From: a virus
Length of the DNA stretch: 64,000 bases
IMG/VR virus record: IMGVR_UViG_3300028173_000007
Coordinates: 1 to 64,000 of that record
Strand: one strand, 5' to 3'
Shown here piece after piece: positions 16,931 through 27,800 of this stretch. The translations under genes and the position numbers were made by a program. The notes beneath the pieces are model-generated. The model worked only from the letters and a program-made list of their open reading frames with translations, did no database searches and had not been told where the DNA came from. The stretch's first letter is position 1, and each line of letters opens with the position of its first letter.

Positions 16931-19727
16931 GCCGCCCGTGGACACACCGACCCGAGTAGCCCGAGCTCGGGCCCGCGCGCAGCTTGCCCCGGCCCCTTCC
17001 CGTGAGCTCCGCGCCCAGGCCTACCGCGCCTCGCTGGTGAAGGGCGCCGGGCACAAGTACGTCCGGCGCACCCCCAATCCCAACGCCCCCCCGAAATGGC
17101 GGTACGACTACCAGCACCGCAACTTCAACGGGCGCGGCTCGGCCGAGAAGGTCGACGCGGTGTCCCGACGCCATATCACCGAGGGCGCGAAGGTCGCAGA
17201 CGGGAAGGGCGCAGGGCATTGGGAGGTGCGAGAGCTCGAAGGTGGGGGGGTCGAGCTCGTCCACGACGAGACCGGCGAGCGCAAGGCGTTCGACAACGCC
17301 TACAGCGCCGCGCGCCACCTCAACGAAGCGCACGCCCCCCTCACGAGCGAGGCCACGAAGGCCCGCCGCGCGCGCCGGGTGCGCGAGTGCAAGATCGCCG
17401 CTCGCCAGGCGGCCCAGGCGCACCGAGACTTCGAGAAGGCCCCGTCGGTGAAGGGGCTTCGCAAGTGCGCGGCCGGCTGGGCGGCGGCCCTCAACCTCGC
17501 GCGCGCTGGCGCGCTGGATTGGGAGGACCTCTATCGGTGGTTTCCGAGCACCGTCGAGCCGCCCGCCAGCCCCGCGGAACTCGGGCGCGAGCTCGCGGAG
17601 CTCCGCGCGGAGATCGCCCTGTTCGGCAGCGCCCGGCCGTGGTCGGCATCCGAGGTGCTCCAGCACCGGCACCCCGACCGGATCAAGAAGGCCGTTCGGT
17701 TCCGCTACCTCTACCGCCTGGCCGACGGCCTGGGCGGGGCGTGGCAACAGGACACGCAAGCGGAGGACCGGCACAACAGGTGGCCGCCCGCGTGGAACGG
17801 GAAGTACCTCCGCGGCACCTGGGATGGGGTGCCATCGCTTGCGCGAAGTGTCACGAAGCCGCCGACCGCTCGGAAGGTCGCCGCCGCGCTCCGCGGCAGC
17901 AACGCCGCAAAGGACATCGGCCGCAACACTTGGATCGTCGTCGGCGCCAACTTCGAGAAGCTCCCCGACGACGCCACGGATCACGAGCGGGAGGTGGCCC
18001 GGCTGGCCCGCGAGCTCATGGCCCAGCACAAGGGCTACATCGCCGGGGTGGACGTGTCGGAGTCCCTGCCGACGGGTGAGTATGAGCTCGGCGCCGCCGC
18101 CCGAGCGTTGCACATCGACTCGACGGTCCCCGTCGAGAAGATGCGGCCCGAGGCGCTGGCGCCGCCGGCGCCTGTGACGCTCGCCGCCTTGTTCGAGACG
18201 GCCCAGGAGAAGCGGCGAACGCTCGGGGTGGACGATACGCCGCTTGAATGGCCCCCCGGCGCAGACCCTCAGATGGCAGTCGGGGAGCTCATCGGGGCCC
18301 GAGGCATGGTCACCATGCCGACGAGCATGGCTATCGCGGCCCTCAACGCAGGTCGCGCCCAGGCCGCCGAGCAGGTGCGCGCGAAGCACGCGCAGTCCTG
18401 GGCGCCGGTCCAGGCGAAGATCGCCGCCGCGCTCGCCGCGGTGGGCGAGCTCCCCGGCACGAAGGCCGATCACCTGACAGACGCGCTCATCGAGCAGACG
18501 GGGCTATCACGGGCCGAGGTGGCCACGGCCGCGGCCTACGCCAAGGCCGAAACGCGAGTAGTCGCGGGGCGGGTCGGCCGGCTCGAAGGTGAAGCGTCGG
18601 AGGTCTACTCGAAGCTCTATCACGGCGAAATGAAGGAGGCCGGGGCCGCCGTCGAAGAAGCCTTGACTGAGGATCACGAGTGGATGCTCAAACAGGATCC
18701 CGTCGCGACGTTATGGATGGTGGCGCCCATGCTCAAGACGGACAACGGCGGCCCTCTGTCCAAGGCCCTCGGGCCTGAGATCGCCCAGCGGGCGACAGCG
18801 GCCTACGACGCCGGCCTGGCGGCGCGCGACCGGGAGGTGAAGGCTCGCAAGGCCTCGCGCGAGGCCCGTGTAGGGCCCAGCGAGGCCCGCAAGGTGTGGG
18901 CCGAGTGGTTCCCCGGCGAGAAGATGCCGAAGCCCGAGGCCTGGCGGCTCGACGGGGCCCAGGCCGACGCCTTGGGTCTCGACGCCGCGGCGATGCGCGA
19001 GGTGAGGCGCCGCGTGCGCGAGAAGGCATCGAGTGAGGACCTCGCGCATATCCGCGAAGCCCTCGGGATCAAGGGCGACCCGGCGGCCGGCCTGGCCAGC
19101 CTCGACACGGGCACACCGGAGCAGGTGCGCGCCTCGTGGCGCACGGGCGCTGGGGTCAAGAAGACCCCCGAAGAATTCCGCGCCGAGCCACTAGACCGAT
19201 TCCAGAGCTACGACACGCAGACGGACCCTGGGAGGTTGGCGCACCTGTTCGCCAACGTGGCGCAGTCGGTCGTCCCCCGGAACGTGCGGATCGACTTGTA
19301 CCGGGGTGAATTCCGAGCGCACGCCGGGCACGAGGGCATCATCCGGCAGGACATGGGCCCGGCTGGAGCCGTGAACGCAAGAACGCTGTGGCACGAGTAC
19401 GGACATCAAATCGAGTTCGGAAACAAGGCCATCGGTGCGGCAACTAAGGCCATGCTCCGCGAGCGATGCGCTGGCGAATCAGCGACCCACCTCGGCGCCG
19501 GGTATGAGGCCTACGAGGTGGCCTACGAGGACGAGTTCGCGAGCCGGTACACCGCGAAGCACTACGACCACGTTGGAACCTCAGAGGTGTTGAGCATGGG
19601 CATTGACGCCTACCTTCACGACCCGGCCGAGCTCCAACGGGACGATCCCATGCTCTTTGGCTTCGTGCTGGCCGTCGTCTCGGGAGCGTTCGGCCCCGCC
19701 ACGGGTCACTTCAAGGCCAGGTCGTGA
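16929..19727 (+). CDS. KGAGHKY-tagged protein 6 with C-terminal zincin metallopeptidase domain (true start may be GTG 16938)
   Basis: LVK|GAGHKYVRRTPNPNAPPKWRYDY..GHWEV..VHDETG; C-terminal TLWHEYGH (HExxH, ~19392) followed by YTAKHY..SEVLSMG (third ligand Glu). Confidence 0.8.
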   Translation: MPPVDTPTRVARARARAQLAPAPSRELRAQAYRASLVKGAGHKYVRRTPNPNAPPKWRYDYQHRNFNGRGSAEKVDAVSRRHITEGAKVADGKGAGHWEVRELEGGGVELVHDETGERKAFDNAYSAARHLNEAHAPLTSEATKARRARRVRECKIAARQAAQAHRDFEKAPSVKGLRKCAAGWAAALNLARAGALDWEDLYRWFPSTVEPPASPAELGRELAELRAEIALFGSARPWSASEVLQHRHPDRIKKAVRFRYLYRLADGLGGAWQQDTQAEDRHNRWPPAWNGKYLRGTWDGVPSLARSVTKPPTARKVAAALRGSNAAKDIGRNTWIVVGANFEKLPDDATDHEREVARLARELMAQHKGYIAGVDVSESLPTGEYELGAAARALHIDSTVPVEKMRPEALAPPAPVTLAALFETAQEKRRTLGVDDTPLEWPPGADPQMAVGELIGARGMVTMPTSMAIAALNAGRAQAAEQVRAKHAQSWAPVQAKIAAALAAVGELPGTKADHLTDALIEQTGLSRAEVATAAAYAKAETRVVAGRVGRLEGEASEVYSKLYHGEMKEAGAAVEEALTEDHEWMLKQDPVATLWMVAPMLKTDNGGPLSKALGPEIAQRATAAYDAGLAARDREVKARKASREARVGPSEARKVWAEWFPGEKMPKPEAWRLDGAQADALGLDAAAMREVRRRVREKASSEDLAHIREALGIKGDPAAGLASLDTGTPEQVRASWRTGAGVKKTPEEFRAEPLDRFQSYDTQTDPGRLAHLFANVAQSVVPRNVRIDLYRGEFRAHAGHEGIIRQDMGPAGAVNARTLWHEYGHQIEFGNKAIGAATKAMLRERCAGESATHLGAGYEAYEVAYEDEFASRYTAKHYDHVGTSEVLSMGIDAYLHDPAELQRDDPMLFGFVLAVVSGAFGPATGHFKARS

Positions 19728-20725
19728 GGTTCCGCGCGACGGTCACCGCCCCAGGCGGCGGGGAGCCCCACGAGTTCGCCGCCGGCGAGGGTCTCACCAT
19801 GACCCCGAGCCCCGAGACCGTGGGCCTGTGGGTGGGCCGCGTTCAACACCGTTCAGGCCGGATGCCTGGGGCCTACCGAGGCTTCGACCCCGAGGACCCG
19901 CGCCAGGTGGCCGACGCGGCCGACTTCCTTCGGTGGAAGGGCTGGCGCGTCGAGGTCCACGAGGACACGGTTCCGCTTCTCCCGAAGCCCCCCGGCTTCG
20001 ACAGGCGCCCCGAGGCCGAGCGCCCGGCCGGTGAAGGCTTCACGCTGGCCGAACTCGGCCAGTCGCACCTTGCGGGCGAGCTCGCAGCCGAGCGAGTCGC
20101 CGCGGCGCGCGCCGAGCTCGCGCAGCCTGCGGCCAACTTGGCGAAGGCCCACCCCATCGGGCCGCCACCCAAGCGCAACAGAAAGACCTACCCGTACCAG
20201 GGGACCATTACCTATGCGGGGATCATCCCGATCCGCGTAGAGAACCGGGCCGGGTCGATGCGCCGCGGCGTGGACGGCGACGGGCGCAAGTGGGCCACGA
20301 AGATGCACGACCACTACGGGGAGGTCGTCGGCACCCTGGGCGTGGATGGTGACCCCGTGGACGTGTTCGTCGGGCCGCTGGAGCACGCACCCTGGGCGTA
20401 TGTAGTCCATGCCACCGACCCCCGCACGGGGCGCTACGACGAGTGCAAGATCATGATGGGCTATGGCACCAAGCGAGAGGCGGCGGCGGCCTTCCGGGGG
20501 CACTACGACGGGCCCGGCTTCTACGGGGCGATCCGCAAGGTGGCGTTGACGGAACTTCTCGCGTGGCTTCGTGATCCGAAGAATCGAGGTCAAAAGGTCA
20601 CGGCCGGTTCCGCACTTTCAAAGGGCTGTGAGGTAGAGTCCCCCGGCGAGGGTCGAGCCGCCCGCGCAGAACGCGCGCAGAAGCGCGCCCACACGCAGGC
20701 CGCGCCGAAGCGCGGGGAGGGGTAG
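19724..20725 (+). CDS. Inorganic pyrophosphatase-like (polyvalent-protein type) protein flanked by LAK|A and LSK|G sites
   Basis: IRVENRAGSMRRG..W..M..HYG....GVDGDPVDVFVGP..YDECKIMMGY is the DGDxxD family I PPase-like signature. Confidence 0.8.
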   Translation: MRFRATVTAPGGGEPHEFAAGEGLTMTPSPETVGLWVGRVQHRSGRMPGAYRGFDPEDPRQVADAADFLRWKGWRVEVHEDTVPLLPKPPGFDRRPEAERPAGEGFTLAELGQSHLAGELAAERVAAARAELAQPAANLAKAHPIGPPPKRNRKTYPYQGTITYAGIIPIRVENRAGSMRRGVDGDGRKWATKMHDHYGEVVGTLGVDGDPVDVFVGPLEHAPWAYVVHATDPRTGRYDECKIMMGYGTKREAAAAFRGHYDGPGFYGAIRKVALTELLAWLRDPKNRGQKVTAGSALSKGCEVESPGEGRAARAERAQKRAHTQAAPKRGEG

Positions 20726-20727
20726 CC

Positions 20728-22575
20728 GTGGCGAGGTGGTGGGAGCGAGTCGGGGAGAGCGCCGGGGCGGCGCTGGGTGACGGCCTGGCCGCGATGGGCG
20801 AGGGCATGGCCGCGGTGAATGAGGGCATGAGCAAGGCCCGCCGCCGAGACTCCGCGCAGACGGCAGAGAGCAAGGGCCAGGACACCGCCGCGGCGCGCGC
20901 GGTGGCCACGCCCAGGCGCGGCGGACTCGCAGAAGCGAGGGCCGCAGGGGGGAAGGGCGCAGGCCTGGAAGGGATCTTCACCGATCCCGAGCTCGAACTA
21001 TTCATGACGCGCACGCCGGGCGGGGACTACGCCGAGCGGCCGAGCGGCGTCGCGTGGGACGTGTTGAGGCGCATGGCGAAGACGCCGCCCATCGCGGCCG
21101 TCGGAAACACCATGTGCGATGGACTCGCCGAGTTCTGCACGCCCAGCGACAATCGACACCTGCCCGGCTTCCGCCTCCGCGTCCGCGGGAAGGATGCGCG
21201 GTACAGCCCCTCGAAGGCCGAGCGGGGGGCGCTCGACGAGGCGCAGGCGTTCCTCTACAACTGCGGCAACGTGGGCGACGTGGCCGAGCTCGTCCACCGG
21301 CCGACCCTCGAACAGTGCGTGCGCGCCGGCTTCTGGGATTCGTTCCGGTTTGACCAGTTCTGCGCCCAGGTAGAGCCGGCCGCGGGCTGGCGCCCAGGTG
21401 GCCGCTTCGAGGCGCACCGCTTCTATGCCTGGCCTGGCCACACGATGCGGCTCGCCATGCCGCCAGAGGACGGGTCTCGGCTCGCCGACGACGACTTCAA
21501 GGCAACGCGGTACGTCCAGATCGACCGCCACGATCAGGTGGTGGGATCGTTCAACGGCCAGCAGATGCTTTGGGGCACGATGCGCCCCATGACCGACATC
21601 GAGAACGCCGGCTATGGGTACTCGGTGTTGGAGCAGTTGGTAGACGTGCTCGCCGGGTGGTTATACGGCTACGGGTACAACAAAGCGTACTTCAAACAGG
21701 GCGCCAACGTGCGCGGCATCCTGCAATTCGACACCGAGCCGCCGGCGAAGCAACAGCGCCGTTTCGAGCGGTACTTTCACGCGCTGGTGTCGGGTGTTGG
21801 CAACGCACACAAGGTTCCTATCGCGTGGGGCGCGAAAGCTCAGTGGATCGGTCTCGGGCAGACGAACAAAGACATGGAGTTCAACCAGTGGATGGATTTT
21901 CTGACGAAGCTCCTATGTGCGATCTGCGGCATCGATCCCGCTGAAATCAACTTCACATACGGGAACAGCGGCCAGGGCTCCGCGATGGGCACGGCCTCGG
22001 CCGCAGAGAAGATCGAAGTGAGCCGCAACCGTTGGCTACGCCCCCGCGTGCGGAGCCTGTTCGAGTGGCTCAACAAGTGGGTAGTTTGGACCCGCTGGCC
22101 CGAGCTCGAAGCCGTCCCGACGGGGCTCAACGAGCGGAGCGAAGAAGCGGAGCAGGAGCGTTTGCTCAAGCTCGTGGAGAAGACGCACCACGTTGACGAG
22201 GTGCGCGCCATGATGGGCGACGGCCCGCTCCCGAAGAAGGACGCCCAGGAGACCCCCGGCGGCGTGATTCTAAATCAGGTGTGGCAGCAGGCCACCGCGC
22301 CCCAGCCCGAGGGCATGGGCGGCCCAGAGGGCGAGGGCGGCCCCGAGGGCGGCCCCGAGGGCGAAGGCCAGGGGGACGCCAGCGACGAAGACGTTGCGAA
22401 CGCCGAAGAAGCCTTGTTCGGTGGCGCCAAGGGCAAGCCCGACGACGGCGACGGCGACGGCGACGGCGACCCCTTCGACGAGAGCAAACTTGCAAAGAGC
22501 TTCGAGACGCGCCAGGCCAGAGCGGCCCGTGGTAGAGTGCGGGCGCGCGTGCAATTGAGACCACGGGAGGACTGA
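20728..22575 (+). CDS. Portal protein
   Basis: GYGYSVLEQL..YNKAYFKQGANVRGIL..NKDMEFNQWMDFL..GIDPAEINF resembles SPO1/Twort-like portals; acidic C-terminal tail ending near LAK|S. Confidence 0.9.
   Translation: MARWWERVGESAGAALGDGLAAMGEGMAAVNEGMSKARRRDSAQTAESKGQDTAAARAVATPRRGGLAEARAAGGKGAGLEGIFTDPELELFMTRTPGGDYAERPSGVAWDVLRRMAKTPPIAAVGNTMCDGLAEFCTPSDNRHLPGFRLRVRGKDARYSPSKAERGALDEAQAFLYNCGNVGDVAELVHRPTLEQCVRAGFWDSFRFDQFCAQVEPAAGWRPGGRFEAHRFYAWPGHTMRLAMPPEDGSRLADDDFKATRYVQIDRHDQVVGSFNGQQMLWGTMRPMTDIENAGYGYSVLEQLVDVLAGWLYGYGYNKAYFKQGANVRGILQFDTEPPAKQQRRFERYFHALVSGVGNAHKVPIAWGAKAQWIGLGQTNKDMEFNQWMDFLTKLLCAICGIDPAEINFTYGNSGQGSAMGTASAAEKIEVSRNRWLRPRVRSLFEWLNKWVVWTRWPELEAVPTGLNERSEEAEQERLLKLVEKTHHVDEVRAMMGDGPLPKKDAQETPGGVILNQVWQQATAPQPEGMGGPEGEGGPEGGPEGEGQGDASDEDVANAEEALFGGAKGKPDDGDGDGDGDPFDESKLAKSFETRQARAARGRVRARVQLRPRED
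22530..22538 (+). promoter_or_regulatory. Extended -10-like element TGGTAGAGT inside the portal 3' end
   Basis: TGnTAnnnT upstream of GGAGGA RBS and ATG 22580. Confidence 0.35.
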
Positions 22576-22579
22576 CCAT

Positions 22580-23005
22580 ATGAGCCACGCTTCGACCTTC
22601 GCCAACCCCTCGGATGCCGCCGCACAAGGCATCCTGAACGACTTGCGTTACCGGCCCTACGTCGTGCGCGAGGAAACGCCCGTCGCGAACCGCGTCGAGC
22701 GGGTCATGCGCGCGCTGGTGCCGGGCCGCATCGTCGGCGCCGACTCGTGGATCCGCACCGGCGGCGGGAACGTCACCACCGCGGACGTGCGTATCAACGG
22801 CGCCACCGTCATCGCGGCCGTCATGAGCCACGACGGCGCCACCGACGCCGAGCTCATCGAGGCCGCGCTCAAGACCGACCACGCGGACTACGACGCCACC
22901 GACAAGGTGATCAAGTTCGACGCCGGCGACGTGATCAGCGTCGTGTGGACCGCCCTCGGGGCTGGCGCCGCCGGTGGCCAGGTTCAGGTCAACGTCCAGT
23001 TCTAG
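22580..23005 (+). CDS. Hypothetical beta-rich structural protein
   Basis: GGAGGA RBS; C-terminal FDAGDVISVVWT..GQVQVNV beta pattern; head-gene context. Confidence 0.7.
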   Translation: MSHASTFANPSDAAAQGILNDLRYRPYVVREETPVANRVERVMRALVPGRIVGADSWIRTGGGNVTTADVRINGATVIAAVMSHDGATDAELIEAALKTDHADYDATDKVIKFDAGDVISVVWTALGAGAAGGQVQVNVQF

Positions 23006-23066
23006 CGGCTGGCGAGGCCATCAACACGGGTGAGCCGCCCCCGGCTGGCGGCCGGGAGGCGGGACC

Positions 23067-23477
23067 TTGGCCCTTGACCTGATCATGGACGTGAACGTCA
23101 CGGCGGCCAGCCGCCAGTCGGGCACGTCCGCGACGGCCGACGCCGAACGGGGCTTTGCCCCGGCGCGGCGCATCCGGCAGACGGTCTCCACCCTCACGCG
23201 ATCCGCCTTGCACGCACCGTTCGAGGTCGCAGCGGCCGAGAACCGGCAGATCGACTTGGGCAGCCTCACCGATCCGCGCTTCCTGTTCGTGGTGGTCTAC
23301 AGCGGCACGATCAAGGTTCGCACGTCCGGCGTCGCCGGCGAGGCCCTCTCCGTCTCCCCACCCGCCACCGGGCAGGTGGGTTTGTTCCTGATCACGGCGC
23401 CCGCGACGGGGCTGTGGCTGGAGAATGCGGGGACCGACCCCGTGCTGTGCGAGGTACTCGCCGCCGGCCTGGAGTAG
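23067..23477 (+). CDS. Hypothetical beta-rich structural protein
   Basis: GGAGG RBS with TTG start; typical codon usage. Confidence 0.65.
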   Translation: MALDLIMDVNVTAASRQSGTSATADAERGFAPARRIRQTVSTLTRSALHAPFEVAAAENRQIDLGSLTDPRFLFVVVYSGTIKVRTSGVAGEALSVSPPATGQVGLFLITAPATGLWLENAGTDPVLCEVLAAGLE

Positions 23478-23483
23478 CCGCCG

Positions 23484-24800
23484 GTGGAGCCTCTCACCCT
23501 CACCGTGGACGCCGCCCCCGGCGAGCTCGCCGCCCGGCTCCCCGAGGTGGTCGCGGCACTCCTGCGCACCGACCCCACGTCTACCCCGCGCATGGTCCGC
23601 GAGGCCACCGAGGCGCTCCACAAGGCGCAGTCGGAACCGGACTGGTGGCGGTGGCCCGTCGGCGCCGCCCTGACCGCTGCGGCCCGCGACGTGGCCATGA
23701 AGCGGGCCGAGCGGGTCAAGCGGCGGGTCTTCGAGGTGCTGGGGGTGCCCGAGCTCCAGAAGTCCGCCGCAGACGACCTGTGGCTCACCCCTGAGCGCCT
23801 GGCGCGGCTCCAGGCCGCGATCCGTGACGAGCACCTGGCGCTGGCCGTGGAGCTCTACGGCCCGACGGTGATCCCGGCCGACGAGCTCGCGCGGCTGCGG
23901 CTCGAAGGCGTGCTCACCGACTTGGACATCGAAGAAGCGCGCGGCCTGGGCGTGTTGGGCGTTGGCGTCCCCCTCGGCCACGGCATCCACGCCGACGAAG
24001 CCGCCGGTGAGCTCACCGCAGAAGAAGCCCGCGACTTGGCCGAAGACCTGGCCGCGACGTGGGACGGGTGGGACGACGAGCCCGAGCCCGAGCCCGAGCC
24101 CGGTGCAGACCCGCCGCCCCCGCCGGCTGACCCTCCCGCGGGTGTGGCCCCAGCGGCCCCCGCGGCGCCGGCGGGGGCACCTCTTACCGAGCGCCAGCGG
24201 GCGGCCCAGGCGGCCCGGCTGCGCGGAGGTGCGCAGATCGTCGGGCTGGGGAACCGGGTGGCCGCGGACCTGACGACCGTCGCTATCGACTCCACGGGGC
24301 CCGAGGCGCAGAAGCGCCGGCGGGCGGTGGCCGAGGCCATCGCCCAGGGCATCGAGACGGGCGCCAGCCGCTCAGACATTCGGCACGCGGTCGCGATGGC
24401 CCTCGGCGGGGACTACGCGCGCGACCTCGACCGCATCGTCAAGACCGAGCTCCACGCGGACATGCAGACCGGCCAGCGCGACGCCCTGCTCCACGAGGAA
24501 GGGCCCGACGTGCGCGTCGCGGTGACCCTCTCGCCGGGCGCGTGCCGCAACTGCCGGCGCCTGTACGGCGGCCAGTCGTTCAAGGCGGCCGACCTGCCCC
24601 TCCCCTCGGTCAACTTCCGGGTGAAGGCGGCCGACCGGGTGGCGTGCGTGCCGCCCGCGCACCCCAATTGCCAGTGCCATATGCGGTGGTTGCCGATGCG
24701 GTGGGGCGTGGATTCCGAGGGCCGGCCCGTGCCGCCCTCGAAGCTGGAAAAGAGTATCGAGCCGCGGCCGCGCTTCGTGCGGCGGCATAGGCCCAAGTGA
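23484..24800 (+). CDS. Head morphogenesis protein, MuF / SPP1 gp7-like
   Basis: DLDRIVKTEL..ACRNCRRLY..PPAHPNCQC is the typical MuF C-terminal signature; lies after the portal; LHK|A, LQK|S and LEK|S sites. Confidence 0.85.
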   Translation: MEPLTLTVDAAPGELAARLPEVVAALLRTDPTSTPRMVREATEALHKAQSEPDWWRWPVGAALTAAARDVAMKRAERVKRRVFEVLGVPELQKSAADDLWLTPERLARLQAAIRDEHLALAVELYGPTVIPADELARLRLEGVLTDLDIEEARGLGVLGVGVPLGHGIHADEAAGELTAEEARDLAEDLAATWDGWDDEPEPEPEPGADPPPPPADPPAGVAPAAPAAPAGAPLTERQRAAQAARLRGGAQIVGLGNRVAADLTTVAIDSTGPEAQKRRRAVAEAIAQGIETGASRSDIRHAVAMALGGDYARDLDRIVKTELHADMQTGQRDALLHEEGPDVRVAVTLSPGACRNCRRLYGGQSFKAADLPLPSVNFRVKAADRVACVPPAHPNCQCHMRWLPMRWGVDSEGRPVPPSKLEKSIEPRPRFVRRHRPK

Positions 24801-27800
24801 GGACCCCGATGGACCCGTTCGACACCCGAAGCCTTCGGTTCACCCGCCCCCTCCCGGTCGAGCTCACAAAGGGCATGGAGCCCGGCGATGAGTTCGTCCC
24901 GGTCTCGAAGTACCTCGGCGTGCTCCTGTGGGTCGGCCAGTCGGGCGAGCTCGTGAAGGGCGCCGGGCACAAGTACCTTCGGCGGGTGCCGGACGGGCGC
25001 GGCGGCTGGCGCTACTTCTACAACGTGGCCGGCGGCGGCGGCCTCGGCCACCACGACGAAATGCAGGCCGGCGCGAAGTTCAAGCTCGCGCACAACGGCC
25101 AGGCGGGGCACTTCGAGGTCCACGAGGATCACGGGGATCGCGTCACCATCCGGCACGACGAGAGCGGCCACGAGACGCGCGTCTCGAAGAAGGCGCTCCG
25201 CGCCATGCTCCACAAAGAGCACGCCCAGGCCGTCACGGCGCACACCGCGAAGGTCAAAGAGGATCTCGCCGCGGTGGCGAAGCACGGGACGGCGGGGCAG
25301 AAGAAGCGGCTACAGGCCCGCGCGGACAAGTACGGCCACACCCGGCACCTGCTCCGCGAGCAGGAGAAGCACGGGAAGACCGCCGAGGGTCACACCCGCA
25401 GCGGGCGGGAGATCCCCCACGTCGACTCCCACGGCGACGAGCGCGACGAGGCGACCGAGGATTGGGGCCAGGAGGACCACGACGACGCCGCGCGCCACCA
25501 CGCCGCGGCTGCGCGCGGCGCCGGCGCCGGCGCCGCCCACGTCAAGGCCGCCCACCTGGCCGCCGCCGCCCACCACCGCGAGGCCGCGTCCACGGTCCCG
25601 ATCAAGAAGCTCGACGAAGACGAGCGGGACCTTGCGCTCGACGTGATCGGCCGGCTGCGCCGCGAGATCGGGAAGCTCAAGAGCGGGCTCGAAGCCGGCG
25701 CGAAGGAAGAACAGCGGTTCGGCGGGCACTCGGTGTTCCGCACTCACCACGGGATGCACTCGTTCACGGCGCCCACCGGGGCCGACAAGGGCAAGATCGC
25801 GGAGGCCTGGATCACGTCGCACCTTGAGCGCGTCGGGCACGAGGCCATGAAGGAGGCCGCCGACAAGCACTATGGCGGCGAGAACGAAGACGCCCCCCAC
25901 GAGCACGGCATCCCCGAGAACGTACTTCGCGCCGTCCGCGCCACGCTGCGCCCCGAGGTGGTGAGCGCCTGGAGCATGGGCGGTATCAAGCTCATGGACG
26001 ACGGCCAGGCGCAGAAGAAGGCCGCAGCGGCGGCCAGCGCCACCGGGAAGCAGGCCGTGGCCGACAAGGCCAAGCGCGCCGAGGCGAAGAAGGCCCGCGC
26101 GGCCGAGAAGAAGGCCGCCCGCGCCGAGAAGGCGCGCGCCGAGGCGAAGCCCGAGGACGACCCGAAGCGGGGCCCCGACGGCGAGCTCACCGAGAAGGAG
26201 AAGGAACAGCGCCGCGAGAACGCGCGGCGCCGCAAGGGGACCGGGAAGCCCGACGAGCCGAAGAAGGGCCGCGCCCCGGCCTTCGACAATGAGACCTGGG
26301 CGAAGAAGTACGGGAAGCACGCGGAGAACGTCGAGGTCGTCGGCGGGCACATGACCGTATGGCAGATGGGCCAGAGCGGGAGCATGGGCACCCGCGGAAA
26401 CTGGTACGTCACCGCGCCCAACGGGAAGAACGTCGGCCGGGCGGCCAGCGCGGAGAAGGCGCGGGAGGTGGCCGAGCAGAAGGCCGCTCAGCACAAGCCG
26501 CTCGGCGCTGGCGAGGTGCTGGACGAGATCCGCAAGCGCGGGGGCCACGGCATCGCGGACGGGATGCACGCGGACGCGAAGGAACGCACCGAGGGCCACT
26601 ACACCGCCACGACGCACACCGGGAAGAAGATCCCCAAGGGCGGCCCAGGCGAGCACACCGAGGGCTGGAGCTCCGCGGAGCACTCCAGCGCGGCGGCCTG
26701 GCACAAGAAGCAGGAGGACGCCAAGCGAGCGGACCCGCGTTCAAGCCTCGAAGACGCGAACCACCACGGCCGCATGGCCGAAGCGCACCTCGGGGCCTAC
26801 ACGGCGATCCACGAGGGGCGGACGAAGGCGCGGAAGGCGAAGGACTTGGCCGCGCTCAAGGCCGACCCGAAGGCGAGGTTCCACGACGCCCTTGCGTCGA
26901 CCGGGTACGGCCCCGGCGGCCGGGGCTATGAGGCCGTGCGGGACTACATCGGCCTCGCCAACAGCCCCGAGGAAGCGGGCACCCTGGCGGCCGCCCTCGA
27001 CTACTCGGGAGAGGCGGGCGCGCGTAGCTTCGAGGCCCTGGCGGCCCGAGCTCTCAAGGTGTCCCCGGCCGAGCTCGTGACGCGCAAGCGCGCCCACGCA
27101 GCGGCCGGCGCGGCCGCCGGCGGCGCCAAGGGCGACGAGCCGAAGCGGGTCGGCGGGGAGCTCACCGAGAAGGAGAAGGAGCAGCGGCGGGAGAACGCGC
27201 GCCGGCGGCGCAAGTTCACCCCCATCGACCCGAAGAAGGCCGCAGTCCCCGAGCACCTCCGCGCGGGGACTGCGGCGCAGGTGGGCGAGAACATCGCGGC
27301 GAACGCCAAGCTCGCCAGCACCGACGACGAGCGACAGAACGTCCGCGATCACGTCTCGCGGCTACTCGCCGCGGGGACGATCACGTCCGAAGCCGGGGAG
27401 CGGGCGTACCTGGCCGCTGGGCTGACGAAGGACGGCGGATTCAAGGCGGCCGAGCCCGCCCCCAAGGCCGAGCCCGCCCCCAAGGGGCGGGAGGCCCGCC
27501 AGGCCGAACACAAGCGCCGAGGCGGCGAGGCGGCGACCGCTCACCAGGCGGTCGCCGACCACCAGAGCGCGTGGATCAAAGAGCAGGGCGGGTCCGCCAA
27601 GTTGCGCGAGCGCGGCATCCGGCGCATGGACCAGATCCCGGTGCCGGACGAGCTCAAGATGAAGCGCCAGAAGGCGCGGGATGCCGTTGCGGCGCACCAC
27701 CACGAGAACGGCGGCGCGGGCGGCTTCACGGCCGCGGCGATCAACGACGCGACCGCCTTTATCAAGCGCAGCGAGGCCAGCGGCGGCAACTTCGAGGTGC

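Larger units (their letters stand above)
1076..24976 (+). repeat. Dispersed direct repeat encoding the KGAGHKY module; copies start at 1076, 4887, 5471, 12564, 17040 and 24956
   Basis: AAGGGCGCCGGGCACAAGTAC is identical at 1076, 17040 and 24956, with 1-3 synonymous differences at 12564, 5471 and 4887. It always lies in frame near a gene 5' end. Confidence 0.95.

Noticed and set aside
23484-24800. MuF polymorphic toxin
   Set aside because: The MuF-like protein ends soon after HPNCQC with no toxin extension; the enzymatic domains are in separate tagged genes.
1076-24976. KGAGHKY DNA repeats as a CRISPR array, DGR template/variable repeats or shufflon sites
   Set aside because: Copies are kilobases apart, in frame, direct and differ at synonymous positions rather than only at adenines. 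No Cas gene, reverse transcriptase or invertase is in the window.
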